From the NCBI GenBank assembly GCA_016204585.1, contig JACQKH010000007.1:1-49340 (forward strand): DNA of 49,340 nucleotides, given 5' to 3'. Positions within the stretch are counted from its first letter, which is position 1. Each line of letters begins with the position of its first letter. A model generated the notes under the pieces. The model was given only the letters and a program-made list of their open reading frames with translations, ran no database searches and was not told where the DNA came from. Position numbers and translations under genes: made by a program. This document shows positions 36,061-44,981 of the stretch, one piece after another. This stretch comes from Candidatus Kerfeldbacteria bacterium. Lineage in GTDB: Bacteria; Patescibacteriota; Patescibacteriia; SBBC01.

Positions 36061-37317
36061 TTAGGAACCGATCGGCACCTTGATAGTTTGACCGGCTTTG
36101 AGCCGATACGGCGGCTTAAGACCATTGGCCTTAGCCAGTACCCGCCAGTCAATACCGCGGCGTGAGGCAATGTCAACTAAGTCTTCGCCTGGGCGGACAA
36201 CGTAGGGACGCCACTGTTTCAAACGGCCGCGGTCGCGTCCTCGCCGCCACAGCCAGAGCGCAATGATGGCGACGGCGACGAGCATGACTACGGCGATTTG
36301 CAGCCAAGGCACAAACCAGCGGACGATGGTCGGTGTCATCAGCCTTTGGCCGGCGCCGTCGGTATCCGTGTAAGCAACCTGCGCTTGGTAGGAGAAACGG
36401 CCGAAGCGGGGCAGGGGCAGCGAAATATTGGTGATCAATTCTTGGCCACGTAGCGCTTGCGTCGCGCGTTCGACGGTTTGACTGCTTCGCCTAAAAATCG
36501 TATCGCTTACGGACAGCGTGGTCGTGTGATCTATACTGACATTGCCCGCGGCTAGCACGCCGACGGTGGCGACAAGCTCTTTTTGTCGAGCGTTCGGATG
36601 AATGGTAAAACGTGTTAGCTCAAGTTGACGGACGATGTCGCCGGGCACGGTTTCGTAGATGCGGACGCCGACGCGGGTGGTTAGCTGGACGCCGCCCGAC
36701 GGCGCGCTCGGTTCGTCGGCCGGCCGTTTCCGCTCCAGCACTAAACCGCCGGCATGCTCGCCAACGTCGGCGTTGTCGGGAATGCGGATGACGAACGGCA
36801 CGGCAACGGCTTGGTCAGGTTCGAGGCGGATGGCGGCTTCCCGAACGCCGCCGCACCAAGTCTTGAGTTCAGAAACGTCGGCGGTCGGCGCGGCCTGGGC
36901 CGCCTGCACAACGGCAAATTGGCAGAGCTCGGGAATCGAGCGCCGGTCTTCGGCGTAAGCGACCGGACGCGGCGTCGGGTACAACGTCACCCACGAACCA
37001 AGTTCGGTCATAGTTTCGGCCCGTTGCTTAAGAGCAAAGCCGCCGTCCGAACTGGGGGTTTGGTCGGCCGGGTAGACGATGAGTTCAACGGCCGCGCCGC
37101 TGCCGTTCTCGATCCGGAGCGCGTCTTCCTTGGTGGCGCCAGCCGGCAGCTGGTAGAGGAACCAGCTGGCGCTGTTCGGAACGTTCGGATCGGGGTTGGC
37201 CGGTCGGCCGCCGAGACCCTCGTACTCAATGGCCGAACCGGCGGCGGCGTACGCCAAGCCAAGCAGTGCGACGACGACGATGTTGAACGCTCGAAAACAA
37301 CGGTTAGCTTTCACCAA
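36061..37317 (-). CDS. Second DUF916/DUF3324-like protein with C-terminal TM and LysM
   Basis: Paralog of 33695-35098 (GLGGRPA, SSDGGFA, GEHAGGL, TRVGVRI, VPGDIVRQL). LysM YVVRPGEDLVDIASRRGIDWRVLAKAN. Confidence 0.78.
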   Translation of the reverse strand: MVKANRCFRAFNIVVVALLGLAYAAAGSAIEYEGLGGRPANPDPNVPNSASWFLYQLPAGATKEDALRIENGSGAAVELIVYPADQTPSSDGGFALKQRAETMTELGSWVTLYPTPRPVAYAEDRRSIPELCQFAVVQAAQAAPTADVSELKTWCGGVREAAIRLEPDQAVAVPFVIRIPDNADVGEHAGGLVLERKRPADEPSAPSGGVQLTTRVGVRIYETVPGDIVRQLELTRFTIHPNARQKELVATVGVLAAGNVSIDHTTTLSVSDTIFRRSSQTVERATQALRGQELITNISLPLPRFGRFSYQAQVAYTDTDGAGQRLMTPTIVRWFVPWLQIAVVMLVAVAIIALWLWRRGRDRGRLKQWRPYVVRPGEDLVDIASRRGIDWRVLAKANGLKPPYRLKAGQTIKVPIGS

Positions 37318-37338
37318 CCGTTAGCATACCACACCGGC

Positions 37339-37980
37339 TTAGGTGGCGGTGAGCGCCAGACTTAGGGTATAGGCCGCCGGCGTTTGGAAAGCGGGAATCG
37401 TTTGGGTCAGGCCGACGCCGGTGAAATCCCAGCGGCCGGGTTGGTCAGCGCTGGTGCTGGCCGAGAGAAGCGTAATCGAGTCAGTGGTGCCTTGAGCAAA
37501 GGAGGTTGATGAACCTTTGGACAGACCGGTGCTGGTGTAGGAATTGGTCGGCGTGATAGTTCCGACCGAAGCGTCAACAGTCAGCCGGCCTTGCGCGGAA
37601 GAACCGTTAAAATCGAAGGTGTTGGAACCGCCGTCTGACCACAGCGCGGTGGCGCCGGAAGCGGCCGCCACCGTCAAATTCCAAGCCACGGCCGGCGCGC
37701 TGCGACCGTTGCTGAGACGGATTTTCTGTGATGACGCGCCCAGCGTGCCGGTTGAGTTTTGGACCGTATCAAAGTTGAAGGTTACCGCGCTGAACGCGAC
37801 CGACGGGCTGCCGACGGTAACGTTCGAGGCGTCGACGATGTCAACCCCGAGCGTCCCGGCGTTGATTGTTTGCGAGAGCTGCGTCTGACTCGAAGCAAAA
37901 ATTATCTGGGGAGGGAAACTCCAGCTGAACAACAGACTTACAATTAGTATTGCGACTTTTGTATTTCTAAGGCGTTTCAC
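37339..37980 (-). CDS. Secreted WxL-like / pilin-like protein
   Basis: Signal peptide, SSQTQLSQTINAGTLGVDIVD, AWNLTVAA and C-terminal YTLSLALTAT. Paralog of 35234-35935. Confidence 0.75.
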   Translation of the reverse strand: MKRLRNTKVAILIVSLLFSWSFPPQIIFASSQTQLSQTINAGTLGVDIVDASNVTVGSPSVAFSAVTFNFDTVQNSTGTLGASSQKIRLSNGRSAPAVAWNLTVAAASGATALWSDGGSNTFDFNGSSAQGRLTVDASVGTITPTNSYTSTGLSKGSSTSFAQGTTDSITLLSASTSADQPGRWDFTGVGLTQTIPAFQTPAAYTLSLALTAT

Positions 37981-38030
37981 GCTTTTATTTTTTGCTTTCT
38001 TACGAACTTGTTTTGTTAATTTCTATGTTC

Positions 38031-38059
38031 ATTATAGCCCATTTTTTGACCTTTGTCAA
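38031..38059 (-). promoter_or_regulatory. Consensus sigma70 promoter of the surface cluster
   Basis: Minus strand TTGACA-17 bp-TATAAT. Confidence 0.8.
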
Positions 38060-38283
38060 CATTTCACTTATTTCTAACTTGCTGGACGAATTTCCCCGGA
38101 AGCCCGGTAGGCCTCATGGTCAAACCGAAATTCCATCAACTATCTTCAACAGGCAGTTGGGAAATTTCCGCAAGTCCTATAAGATAAAGGCATGCTGTTC
38201 TCACTGATCTGGACGGAAATCAACCCCGTACAACAACTGAAAAGTAGGTGCTCCTTTTCTAATTTTGTTCGGAGCTGAAGCGG

Positions 38284-38919
38284 ATGTTTCATCAACAATC
38301 CAAGATTGGACAGTTGTTATACGGGGTCAATTGGTCGCGGAAGTTCTGGCACGTGTCCGGCGGCTGTTTCGCAATATTCATCGCCGCTTATTTTAGTTGG
38401 CCGATTCCTTTCTTTGTCGCTCTGGCTACCCTGTTGACCTGGATTACCATCGAGTCCATGCGCCGACGAGAGCCGTGGTTTGGGAAGTTGTTCTTCATAT
38501 TAGCCGCGCCGTTCGTCCGGCACCACGAACGCCGAACCTACGTCGGCAATACCTGGTTTGCGTTCAGCGTTACTATTCTGGCGGCGCTCTTCCGCGACCC
38601 GCTGCTGCTCTCCGCCTCGCTGGTCGGCTGGACTTTCGGCGATCCGGCCGCCGAAATCTTCGGACGGCTTGTTCCCTCAAAAAAATACTTTGATGGAGAA
38701 AAATCCCTATCCGGGATCCTGGCCTGTTTCATCTTCAGTTTCGCCGCCTACGTTCTCTTCTTCCGCCTTGTCGGCACGGGCGGCGACCCGCTCTCTGCCG
38801 CGCTCACTGGTGCAGCGGCCACGACATTGGCGGAGACCTTCTCTTTAAGTTTCTCCGTAAATGACAACTTCACCATCCCGCTCGTGACGGCGCTGGCGCT
38901 GTCCTACGTTTTGATCTAG
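38284..38919 (+). CDS. CTP-dependent polyprenol/phytol/dolichol (DAG) kinase-like membrane protein
   Basis: Motifs RKFWH, GDPAAEIFGR, KSLSG and NDNFTIP. Confidence 0.82.
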   Translation: MFHQQSKIGQLLYGVNWSRKFWHVSGGCFAIFIAAYFSWPIPFFVALATLLTWITIESMRRREPWFGKLFFILAAPFVRHHERRTYVGNTWFAFSVTILAALFRDPLLLSASLVGWTFGDPAAEIFGRLVPSKKYFDGEKSLSGILACFIFSFAAYVLFFRLVGTGGDPLSAALTGAAATTLAETFSLSFSVNDNFTIPLVTALALSYVLI

Positions 38920-38921
38920 CG

Positions 38922-39593
38922 ATGGAGTCCTCATCCGAGGTCGACCGATTAGCCCAGATTATTTGGGATTACCACCACGTTCATCATCAGCTAGAAAAGG
39001 CTGATGCTATTTTCGTTTTAGGCAGTCACGACACTCGGGTGGCCGAATACGCGGCACAGCTATTTTTAGATAAGTGGGCGTCAGTGATGATTTTTTCTGG
39101 CACTGGTTTTGGTCATAGGCAAGCAGCTGATCTCCTGGGCGCCGGTTGGAAAAAATCTGAAGCGGAGGTATTCGCCGATATCGCCGCCTCCATGGGAGTG
39201 CCGAAAGACAGGATAATCATGGAAAACAAATCAACAAGCACCGGTGAAAACATTGTCTTGACGAAAAAGCTGCTGGCTGAACGAGGTCTGAATTTTCAGC
39301 GGTTTATTGTGGTTCAAAAACCATACATGGAACGTCGAACGTTCGCCACATTCAAGCAGGTCTGGCCGGAAGCAGACGTTGTCGTCACTTCACCGCCGAT
39401 ACCGTTCGACCAGTACCCCAACCAGGAAATATCAAAAGACACGGTCATCAACATTATGGTCGGCGACCTGCAGCGAATTCGGGAATACCCCAAGCAGGGA
39501 TTTCAAGTTAAGCAAAAAATACCGTCTGACGTCTGGCAAGCCTACGAGCAACTCGTGGCGCTTGGCTTTACGAAACACCTGATCAAAGCCTGA
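38922..39593 (+). CDS. YdcF/DUF218 family protein
   Basis: Motifs KADAIFVLGSHD, SEAEVFA, ENKSTSTGEN and VQKPYMERR. Confidence 0.9.
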   Translation: MESSSEVDRLAQIIWDYHHVHHQLEKADAIFVLGSHDTRVAEYAAQLFLDKWASVMIFSGTGFGHRQAADLLGAGWKKSEAEVFADIAASMGVPKDRIIMENKSTSTGENIVLTKKLLAERGLNFQRFIVVQKPYMERRTFATFKQVWPEADVVVTSPPIPFDQYPNQEISKDTVINIMVGDLQRIREYPKQGFQVKQKIPSDVWQAYEQLVALGFTKHLIKA

Positions 39594-39621
39594 TCGACTT
39601 AGCGCTGTCGTACGTGCTCGT

Positions 39622-39708
39622 CTAAGATCAAGATTCAAAATTTAGGATTTAAGGTTGAGGTCGTGCCTGAGTAACATGAAAACCTAAATCCTTAATCCTA
39701 AATCTTAG
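39622..39708. repeat. Inverted array of degenerate 7-nt tandem repeats (ATTTAGG/CCTAAAT)
   Basis: AATTTAG-GATTTAA-GGTTGAG is mirrored by CCTAAAT-CCTTAAT-CCTAAAT-CTTAG. It overlaps the nrnA stop. Confidence 0.6.
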
Positions 39709-40711
39709 TTCGCGCCTTCTCCCGAACGCGCCAGCCGCGCTCGTCCTGAACGATTTCACCGGCCACGGTAAAGCCAGCGGCCTTGGTGTGCCCGCCGCCG
39801 CCGTAGACTCGGGCCAAAGCGGCCACATCAACGCCTGATCGCTTGGTGCGATAACTCCCTTTAACCAAACCGTCCGGTTCTTCGCGGAGAACTAGCACTA
39901 CCCGGCCTTCACCCAAACTGTTCAGGAAATTCGCAATACCCTCTGAGCCTTCGCGGTCAACGCCGCACTCATCGAAGTCTTTCAACATCAGTGCCGTGGA
40001 AATGGTATCGGTGGCCGGATCGCGCTCAAGTCGAGACAGCGCCCGTCCCCATAATTGCAGGGAGGCAACGCTTTTTGAACGCACGGTTGCGCTGACGATC
40101 CGCCGCAAGTTCCCACCACGGCGCAGAAGTTCGGCGGCGATGTCCATTGATTCAAGGGTGGTGCCGGCATTGACGAAGCCGCCGGTGTCGGTGATGATTC
40201 CGGTCAACAGGGCGGTGGCTTGTTCCGGGGAGAAGTCAAGTCCATTGGCCACGAAAAATTCGTAAACGAGCTCGCAGGTTGAGGAACGAGCGGTATCAAC
40301 GATGGCCAGGTCAACTAAATTGCGATCTCGCCATGATAGGGCCGGCCGGTGGTGATCGATGAGGGCGACGAGCGGCCGCTGGGTGCCTAAGAAGTACAAT
40401 TTTTCCGCCAGCTGCGTGCGTCGGACATCGCCGGAATCTAGCAGCAATACCGCGTCAAATGCGCTAACATCAATGCCGCTTACATCGGTTCGCAAACTGT
40501 CAATCCCTGACAAAAAGGAAAAGATTTTCGGCGAACTGTCTGGTGCGAGCGCCAAGACCGATGTACCGCCACGGCGAAAATGTTCCTGGAGCGCGATCAG
40601 TGATCCGAGGGCGTCACCGTCAGCGCGTTCATGCGTGGCCAGCAGCACGCGAGGGGAGTCGCGCAAGTTGTCATGCAGTTGACGGTGGAGGTGTGACCGC
40701 GTGGGAGCCAT
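39698..40711 (-). CDS. nrnA: DHH/DHHA1 phosphoesterase (NrnA-like)
   Basis: Motifs HERADGDALGS, LLDS, IDHH, TDTGGF and GGGGHTKAAG. Follows rbfA. Confidence 0.92.
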   Translation of the reverse strand: MAPTRSHLHRQLHDNLRDSPRVLLATHERADGDALGSLIALQEHFRRGGTSVLALAPDSSPKIFSFLSGIDSLRTDVSGIDVSAFDAVLLLDSGDVRRTQLAEKLYFLGTQRPLVALIDHHRPALSWRDRNLVDLAIVDTARSSTCELVYEFFVANGLDFSPEQATALLTGIITDTGGFVNAGTTLESMDIAAELLRRGGNLRRIVSATVRSKSVASLQLWGRALSRLERDPATDTISTALMLKDFDECGVDREGSEGIANFLNSLGEGRVVLVLREEPDGLVKGSYRTKRSGVDVAALARVYGGGGHTKAAGFTVAGEIVQDERGWRVREKARTKI

Positions 40712-40724
40712 AAAGCATCCCACT

Positions 40725-41072
40725 CTACCCGGGCTGGTCGAGACTGTCAAGCAGTCCTTCGATATGCGATGCCCGGGCGCCGCTGTGGTCGAGCAAGAAC
40801 CTTATTTTTGGCACCGGCTCCATGACCAGCTGGCGGTTTAGAAGGCGCTGCAGTTCACCGATCTTCTTCTGCAGATGAACCAGTACGTCTTGTCCTTGAC
40901 CGCGCGGCAGGACCGATACCCACGCCTTGGCGTGTTCGAGGTCCGGCGACACTTCCACGCGAGTCAAAGTCACCAATGTACCCAAGTCAAATTCCAGCTC
41001 TCTCCGCATCAAGGCACTGAGCTCGTGGCGGATAAGCTCGTTGACCCGGCTGATTCGGCGGCGGCCGAGCAC
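40725..41072 (-). CDS. rbfA: Ribosome-binding factor A
   Basis: Motifs RVNELIRHELS, VTLTRVEVSPDLEHAKAWVS and VPKIRF. Follows infB. Confidence 0.93.
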   Translation of the reverse strand: MLGRRRISRVNELIRHELSALMRRELEFDLGTLVTLTRVEVSPDLEHAKAWVSVLPRGQGQDVLVHLQKKIGELQRLLNRQLVMEPVPKIRFLLDHSGARASHIEGLLDSLDQPG

Positions 41073-41429
41073 CTATCCTCCGATCGTGCGCGATCGCACT
41101 TGGCGTGTCAGGACAACCACCACATCCCCCACCTGGACGACTGGCGGTCCTTCATACTTCATACCGCACTCCTGACCGCTTGGCACTTCCGCCACGTTAC
41201 TTTTCTGTGATTGAAGCTGGGTCAATTTTCCCTCCGCCATAACCTGGTTGTGGCGGAGAACCCGCAGAAGCGAGCTGGCTAGGACTTTTCCGTCCGTCAC
41301 CTTACCGCCGATGATTTGGTATGATGCTTCGGTACGAAAAATGGCTAGGATTTTCACTCGACCAAGCTCGGTCTCAATCACCTCCGGTTTGAGCAGCCCT
41401 TCCAGACCATGCTTGACGTCATTGACCAA
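41073..41429 (-). CDS. infB: Translation initiation factor IF-2, C-terminal part (end of domain III plus domain IV), after an in-frame TAA
   Basis: Motifs LGRVKILAIF, IIGGKVTDG, EVPSGQECGM and VQVGDV. Same frame as 41433-42851. Confidence 0.85.
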   Translation of the reverse strand: MVNDVKHGLEGLLKPEVIETELGRVKILAIFRTEASYQIIGGKVTDGKVLASSLLRVLRHNQVMAEGKLTQLQSQKSNVAEVPSGQECGMKYEGPPVVQVGDVVVVLTRQVRSRTIGG

Positions 41430-41432
41430 ATC

Positions 41433-42851
41433 TTAGATGACGTGGTTGGTCTTGATGGTTATCCGCTTGCCGCCGGCCACTGACTCGGCCGCCGGGGTAG
41501 TGACTACGTTAAAACCGAAGAGAAGCGCGCTCGACGTTTCGGCTCGCAGCACGTCGGCTTCGGTGATGTTCCCCAGGCCGCTCTGCACGATCTCCGCCGC
41601 CACTTCTGGATGTTTAAGTTTATTCAACGCTTCGCGAATGGCCTCGAGCGAACCGAGCGTATCGGCGCGAATGACGAGGTTGAGTTTTTGCAGCGGTGGG
41701 GTAGCGATTTCTTCCTTGACCACCACCATTGGCGTCGCGGGTTGTTTGCGAAAAACTTTTTTCGTCTTCAATTCGCGAATAACCTTTTGGTCTGTTTCCA
41801 CGCGAAGAATATCGCCAATCACCGGCGCCTCCCGGAAGCCGAGAATACTGGCTGGCACCGACGGACCGGCCGCTTTGATCGGTTGTCCGTTATAGTCGCG
41901 AAGCGCCCTGACTTTACCCCAAACGTCACCGGTTGAGACCACGTCCCCGACTCTTAGCGTTCCGGTGTGCACCAGGGCGGTGGCAATCGGACCCTGCCCT
42001 GAATCAACGTGCGACTCAATGATGGTTCCTACCGCCGACCGATTTGGGTTGGCTTTAAGGTTGTCCTTCTCGACCTGCGCGACCAGGAGGACTGAGTCGA
42101 GTAGATCGGTTATCCCTCTACCCTCTTTGGCCGATACTGGCACGGACACGACTTGACCGCCCCAGCCCTCCACCAATACGTTTTTCGCGGCCAGCTGCTG
42201 CTTGACTCGATCCGGGCTGGCATCCGACTTGTCAATTTTGTTGATAGCCACGACTATCGGGAGTTTTGCTTCGCGAATGATGCGAATCGCTTCCTCGGTC
42301 TGCGGTTTTACTCCGTCGTCGGCGGCCACCACTAAAATGGCCAGATCCGCCACTCGCGCCCCGCGCGAGCGCATGGCGGTAAATGCCTCGTGTCCGGGCG
42401 TATCAATGTAAGTGATCGGCTGACCTTTCTCTTCCACTTGGTAGGCGCCGATGTGCTGGGTAATACCGCCGGCTTCTCCGGCCACTACATTGGTCTTACG
42501 AATGGCGTCGAGGAGCTTTGTTTTTCCATGGTCGACATGACCCATCACCACCACCACTGGCGCCCGCTCCACCAATAAACTCGCGTCCTCCTCTTTTAAC
42601 AGTTCACTGAGTTGCTGCCGGTCAACCTTTTCATCCGCCCGCCGCTCGATAACCGCTTTAAAACCGAGGTCATCGGCGATGACGGCGGCGGTATCGTAGT
42701 CAATCTCCTCGTTCATCGCGGCCATCACGCCGTTCTTGACGAGTTCGGACATTACGCTCGTCAACGGCAACGAAAGCCGTTCGGCAAAAATTCTCACCGT
42801 CAAACGCGACGGGAGCTGCACCGGTTTTTTGGCGGACGCGGTTTCAGTCAT
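41433..42851 (-). CDS. infB: Translation initiation factor IF-2, N-terminal part (IF2_N, G domain, II, III), interrupted by TAA
   Basis: Motifs [48 protein letters not shown] and [11 protein letters not shown]. Confidence 0.93.
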   Translation of the reverse strand: MTETASAKKPVQLPSRLTVRIFAERLSLPLTSVMSELVKNGVMAAMNEEIDYDTAAVIADDLGFKAVIERRADEKVDRQQLSELLKEEDASLLVERAPVVVVMGHVDHGKTKLLDAIRKTNVVAGEAGGITQHIGAYQVEEKGQPITYIDTPGHEAFTAMRSRGARVADLAILVVAADDGVKPQTEEAIRIIREAKLPIVVAINKIDKSDASPDRVKQQLAAKNVLVEGWGGQVVSVPVSAKEGRGITDLLDSVLLVAQVEKDNLKANPNRSAVGTIIESHVDSGQGPIATALVHTGTLRVGDVVSTGDVWGKVRALRDYNGQPIKAAGPSVPASILGFREAPVIGDILRVETDQKVIRELKTKKVFRKQPATPMVVVKEEIATPPLQKLNLVIRADTLGSLEAIREALNKLKHPEVAAEIVQSGLGNITEADVLRAETSSALLFGFNVVTTPAAESVAGGKRITIKTNHVI

Positions 42852-42966
42852 AAAGCCCAAACACAGTACCGAAAAAACGGCTTGGCGTCAAGCCTTAGAA
42901 TCTTTGCAAATCTCGTGCGACCAGACTCGACGTTCCTCGTGGAACACTCGAATAAATAGGTTGACG

Positions 42967-43608
42967 CTAGGTATGCCGCTCGAGGATTTTAACCGGAACC
43001 TTAGCCAACGAGGCGAACCGATTAGCATCCTCAACGCTGCCGACAATAGAGCCGAAATGCATCGGCACGGCGACCTTCGGCTTGAAAGCATTGACTGCGT
43101 CAGCCGCCTCCTCCGCCGTCATCACATAGGTGCCGGACACCGGCACCAGGGCAATGTCAATGTTATTCATTCCCTTCATCTCCGGAATGAAATCGGTGTC
43201 GCCGGTGTGGTAAATACGTTGACCTTCAAGGTTTACAATAAAACCCACTCGTGAATCGCCGGGTGGATGAAACGATTTATTGAGATTATAGGCCGGCACT
43301 GTTTCGACGGTCACGCCGTTAACCTCATGTTTCTCTCCCGGTTTAACGATGATCAGTCGGCCGGTCAGCAGTTCCGGACCGCACACCGCGGCGGCCATAG
43401 TCATGGTGGTCGGCTTCATCACCACCGCGAAATCCTTAGGCGAGCAGTGGTCGAAGTGCTCGTGGGTAATGAGAATCAGGTCGGCCGGTTCCTGCGGCGG
43501 ATTCAGCTGGAAAGGATCAATATAAATCACTTTACCGCCGCCCACGATCTTAAAACAGTCATGCCCGAACCAGGTGATGTGATCAAGGGATATGGCTTGT
43601 TTCGCCAT
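42967..43608 (-). CDS. MBL-fold metallo-hydrolase (UlaG/UPF0173-like)
   Basis: Motifs WFGHDCF, THEHFDH, YHTGDT and AVPMHFG. Confidence 0.9.
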   Translation of the reverse strand: MAKQAISLDHITWFGHDCFKIVGGGKVIYIDPFQLNPPQEPADLILITHEHFDHCSPKDFAVVMKPTTMTMAAAVCGPELLTGRLIIVKPGEKHEVNGVTVETVPAYNLNKSFHPPGDSRVGFIVNLEGQRIYHTGDTDFIPEMKGMNNIDIALVPVSGTYVMTAEEAADAVNAFKPKVAVPMHFGSIVGSVEDANRFASLAKVPVKILERHT

Positions 43609-43622
43609 GGTTTTTGGCAACT

Positions 43623-44375
43623 TTAAAACTGTCTACCCTTGCCGACAATGACGCGAAGTTTCTTCGGCGCTACTTCGACCGTCACCGGAGTTTTTACCAC
43701 GGTTTGGCCATCGAGAGTCAAGGGAATCGAAATTCCGCCGGAAGAAATCTTGGCTCTTTTAAGCGGCAGAACGGTCTCCAACGAGGTGCCCTTACGAAAC
43801 CACGACCAACCGCTCGGGCGATCGTCAATGACTGCTTCCAGCACGCCGTCCTGAGGGTTGCAGGCCGCCCGGACTTCCTCGCGCGGCCCGAAATTGCAAA
43901 TACTGAATGGTCGGGGTAAGCCGGTCAGCGAAACTCGATAAAGACCGTCGCACTCAACGGTCACCACCTGGGCCGGCACGTCGAGAGAAAACAAGAAGTA
44001 CTGGTCATTGACCCTTCCCAAGTCGATCGTTCGCACAATGCGTTTGGATAACGCGTCGCAAGCCGCCTCTTCTTCCGGCAGGCCGAGCGCCTGAGCAATC
44101 CGTGAAGGCTGGCCGACCGGGATAATGCCCAGCGTCACGTCGTATTGAGCCACGATCGAAACCGCCTTAGCCACGGCCGCGTCGTTACCGACGATAACGA
44201 TCGTCTCGGCCCCCCGTTTAATCGCCGTCTCAATCAGATCCCGCATATTCTTCAATACGGACAATCGGTCCATCCGCCCGTTCAAGCCGAGCTCGATCAG
44301 ACGGAATTCGATCCGGTTAAGCAGCGGTTCGTATTTTCGATCAGCCAGCTGGCTATCGAAAAGGTAATAGTACAT
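43623..44375 (-). CDS. Diacylglycerol kinase catalytic-domain-like protein
   Basis: IVIVGNDAAV (variant of GGDGT), LGIIPVG, IDLGRVN, LDGQ and V.PKKL.V. Confidence 0.8.
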   Translation of the reverse strand: MYYYLFDSQLADRKYEPLLNRIEFRLIELGLNGRMDRLSVLKNMRDLIETAIKRGAETIVIVGNDAAVAKAVSIVAQYDVTLGIIPVGQPSRIAQALGLPEEEAACDALSKRIVRTIDLGRVNDQYFLFSLDVPAQVVTVECDGLYRVSLTGLPRPFSICNFGPREEVRAACNPQDGVLEAVIDDRPSGWSWFRKGTSLETVLPLKRAKISSGGISIPLTLDGQTVVKTPVTVEVAPKKLRVIVGKGRQF

Positions 44376-44378
44376 GCG

Positions 44379-44795
44379 TTAAGCTTGGAAGCTTTTTTTC
44401 TTTTCGGGATGCGGAATTGGCGGCGAAGAAGAAACGGTTTCGGGCTTGACCATCACGCACTTGCCGTTTAGAATCGCGCCTTGAGCCACGACGAGCACCG
44501 CCACTTCCACGTTCCCCAGTACCTTGGCTGATGGCCCAAGTTCCAGCTTGCCGGCAGTTCTAACATTGCCGTGAACTTCTCCGGCCACCGTAACATTGGC
44601 GGCCTCGATATCAGCTTTGACCTTGGCCCCTTCGCCAATTCTCAGATCTTTTGAAGTCTTCAGGGACCCGTTTACTGTTCCTTCAACCACCACGTTTCCG
44701 GAACCGATAAAATTGCCCTCGACTTTGACCGACGGTCCGATTATCGTTTCCGGACTCTTTGCGGCCACTTCCGGCTCGCGACTAAACATTGCCAT
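44379..44795 (-). CDS. Bactofilin (polymer-forming cytoskeletal protein)
   Basis: ETIIGPSVKVEGN...V.VEG.V.G...GAILNGKC beta-helix pattern. Confidence 0.92.
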   Translation of the reverse strand: MAMFSREPEVAAKSPETIIGPSVKVEGNFIGSGNVVVEGTVNGSLKTSKDLRIGEGAKVKADIEAANVTVAGEVHGNVRTAGKLELGPSAKVLGNVEVAVLVVAQGAILNGKCVMVKPETVSSSPPIPHPEKKKSFQA

Positions 44796-44981
44796 GTTCT
44801 TCTCCTTATAATAGCTGCTATGTATTCAAGTGCGTTCATTGTAAACATCGCCCGCCGATAATGTCAACTCATCTGGCATGGCGCAGCTCGAAATTGAACA
44901 CTTTTTGTGTTCAATAAGACACGAACGGACGGATCCCGTCCGCGGAACAGGCTGATGACACTGACTAAAGTCCCGGCGGTT

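Noticed and set aside
41433..41435. Genome-wide stop-codon reassignment (for example code 25 or TAA recoding)
   Set aside because: TAA, TAG and TGA all terminate clearly full-length conserved genes here (typA TAA, HU TAG, murC TGA). Only infB is interrupted.
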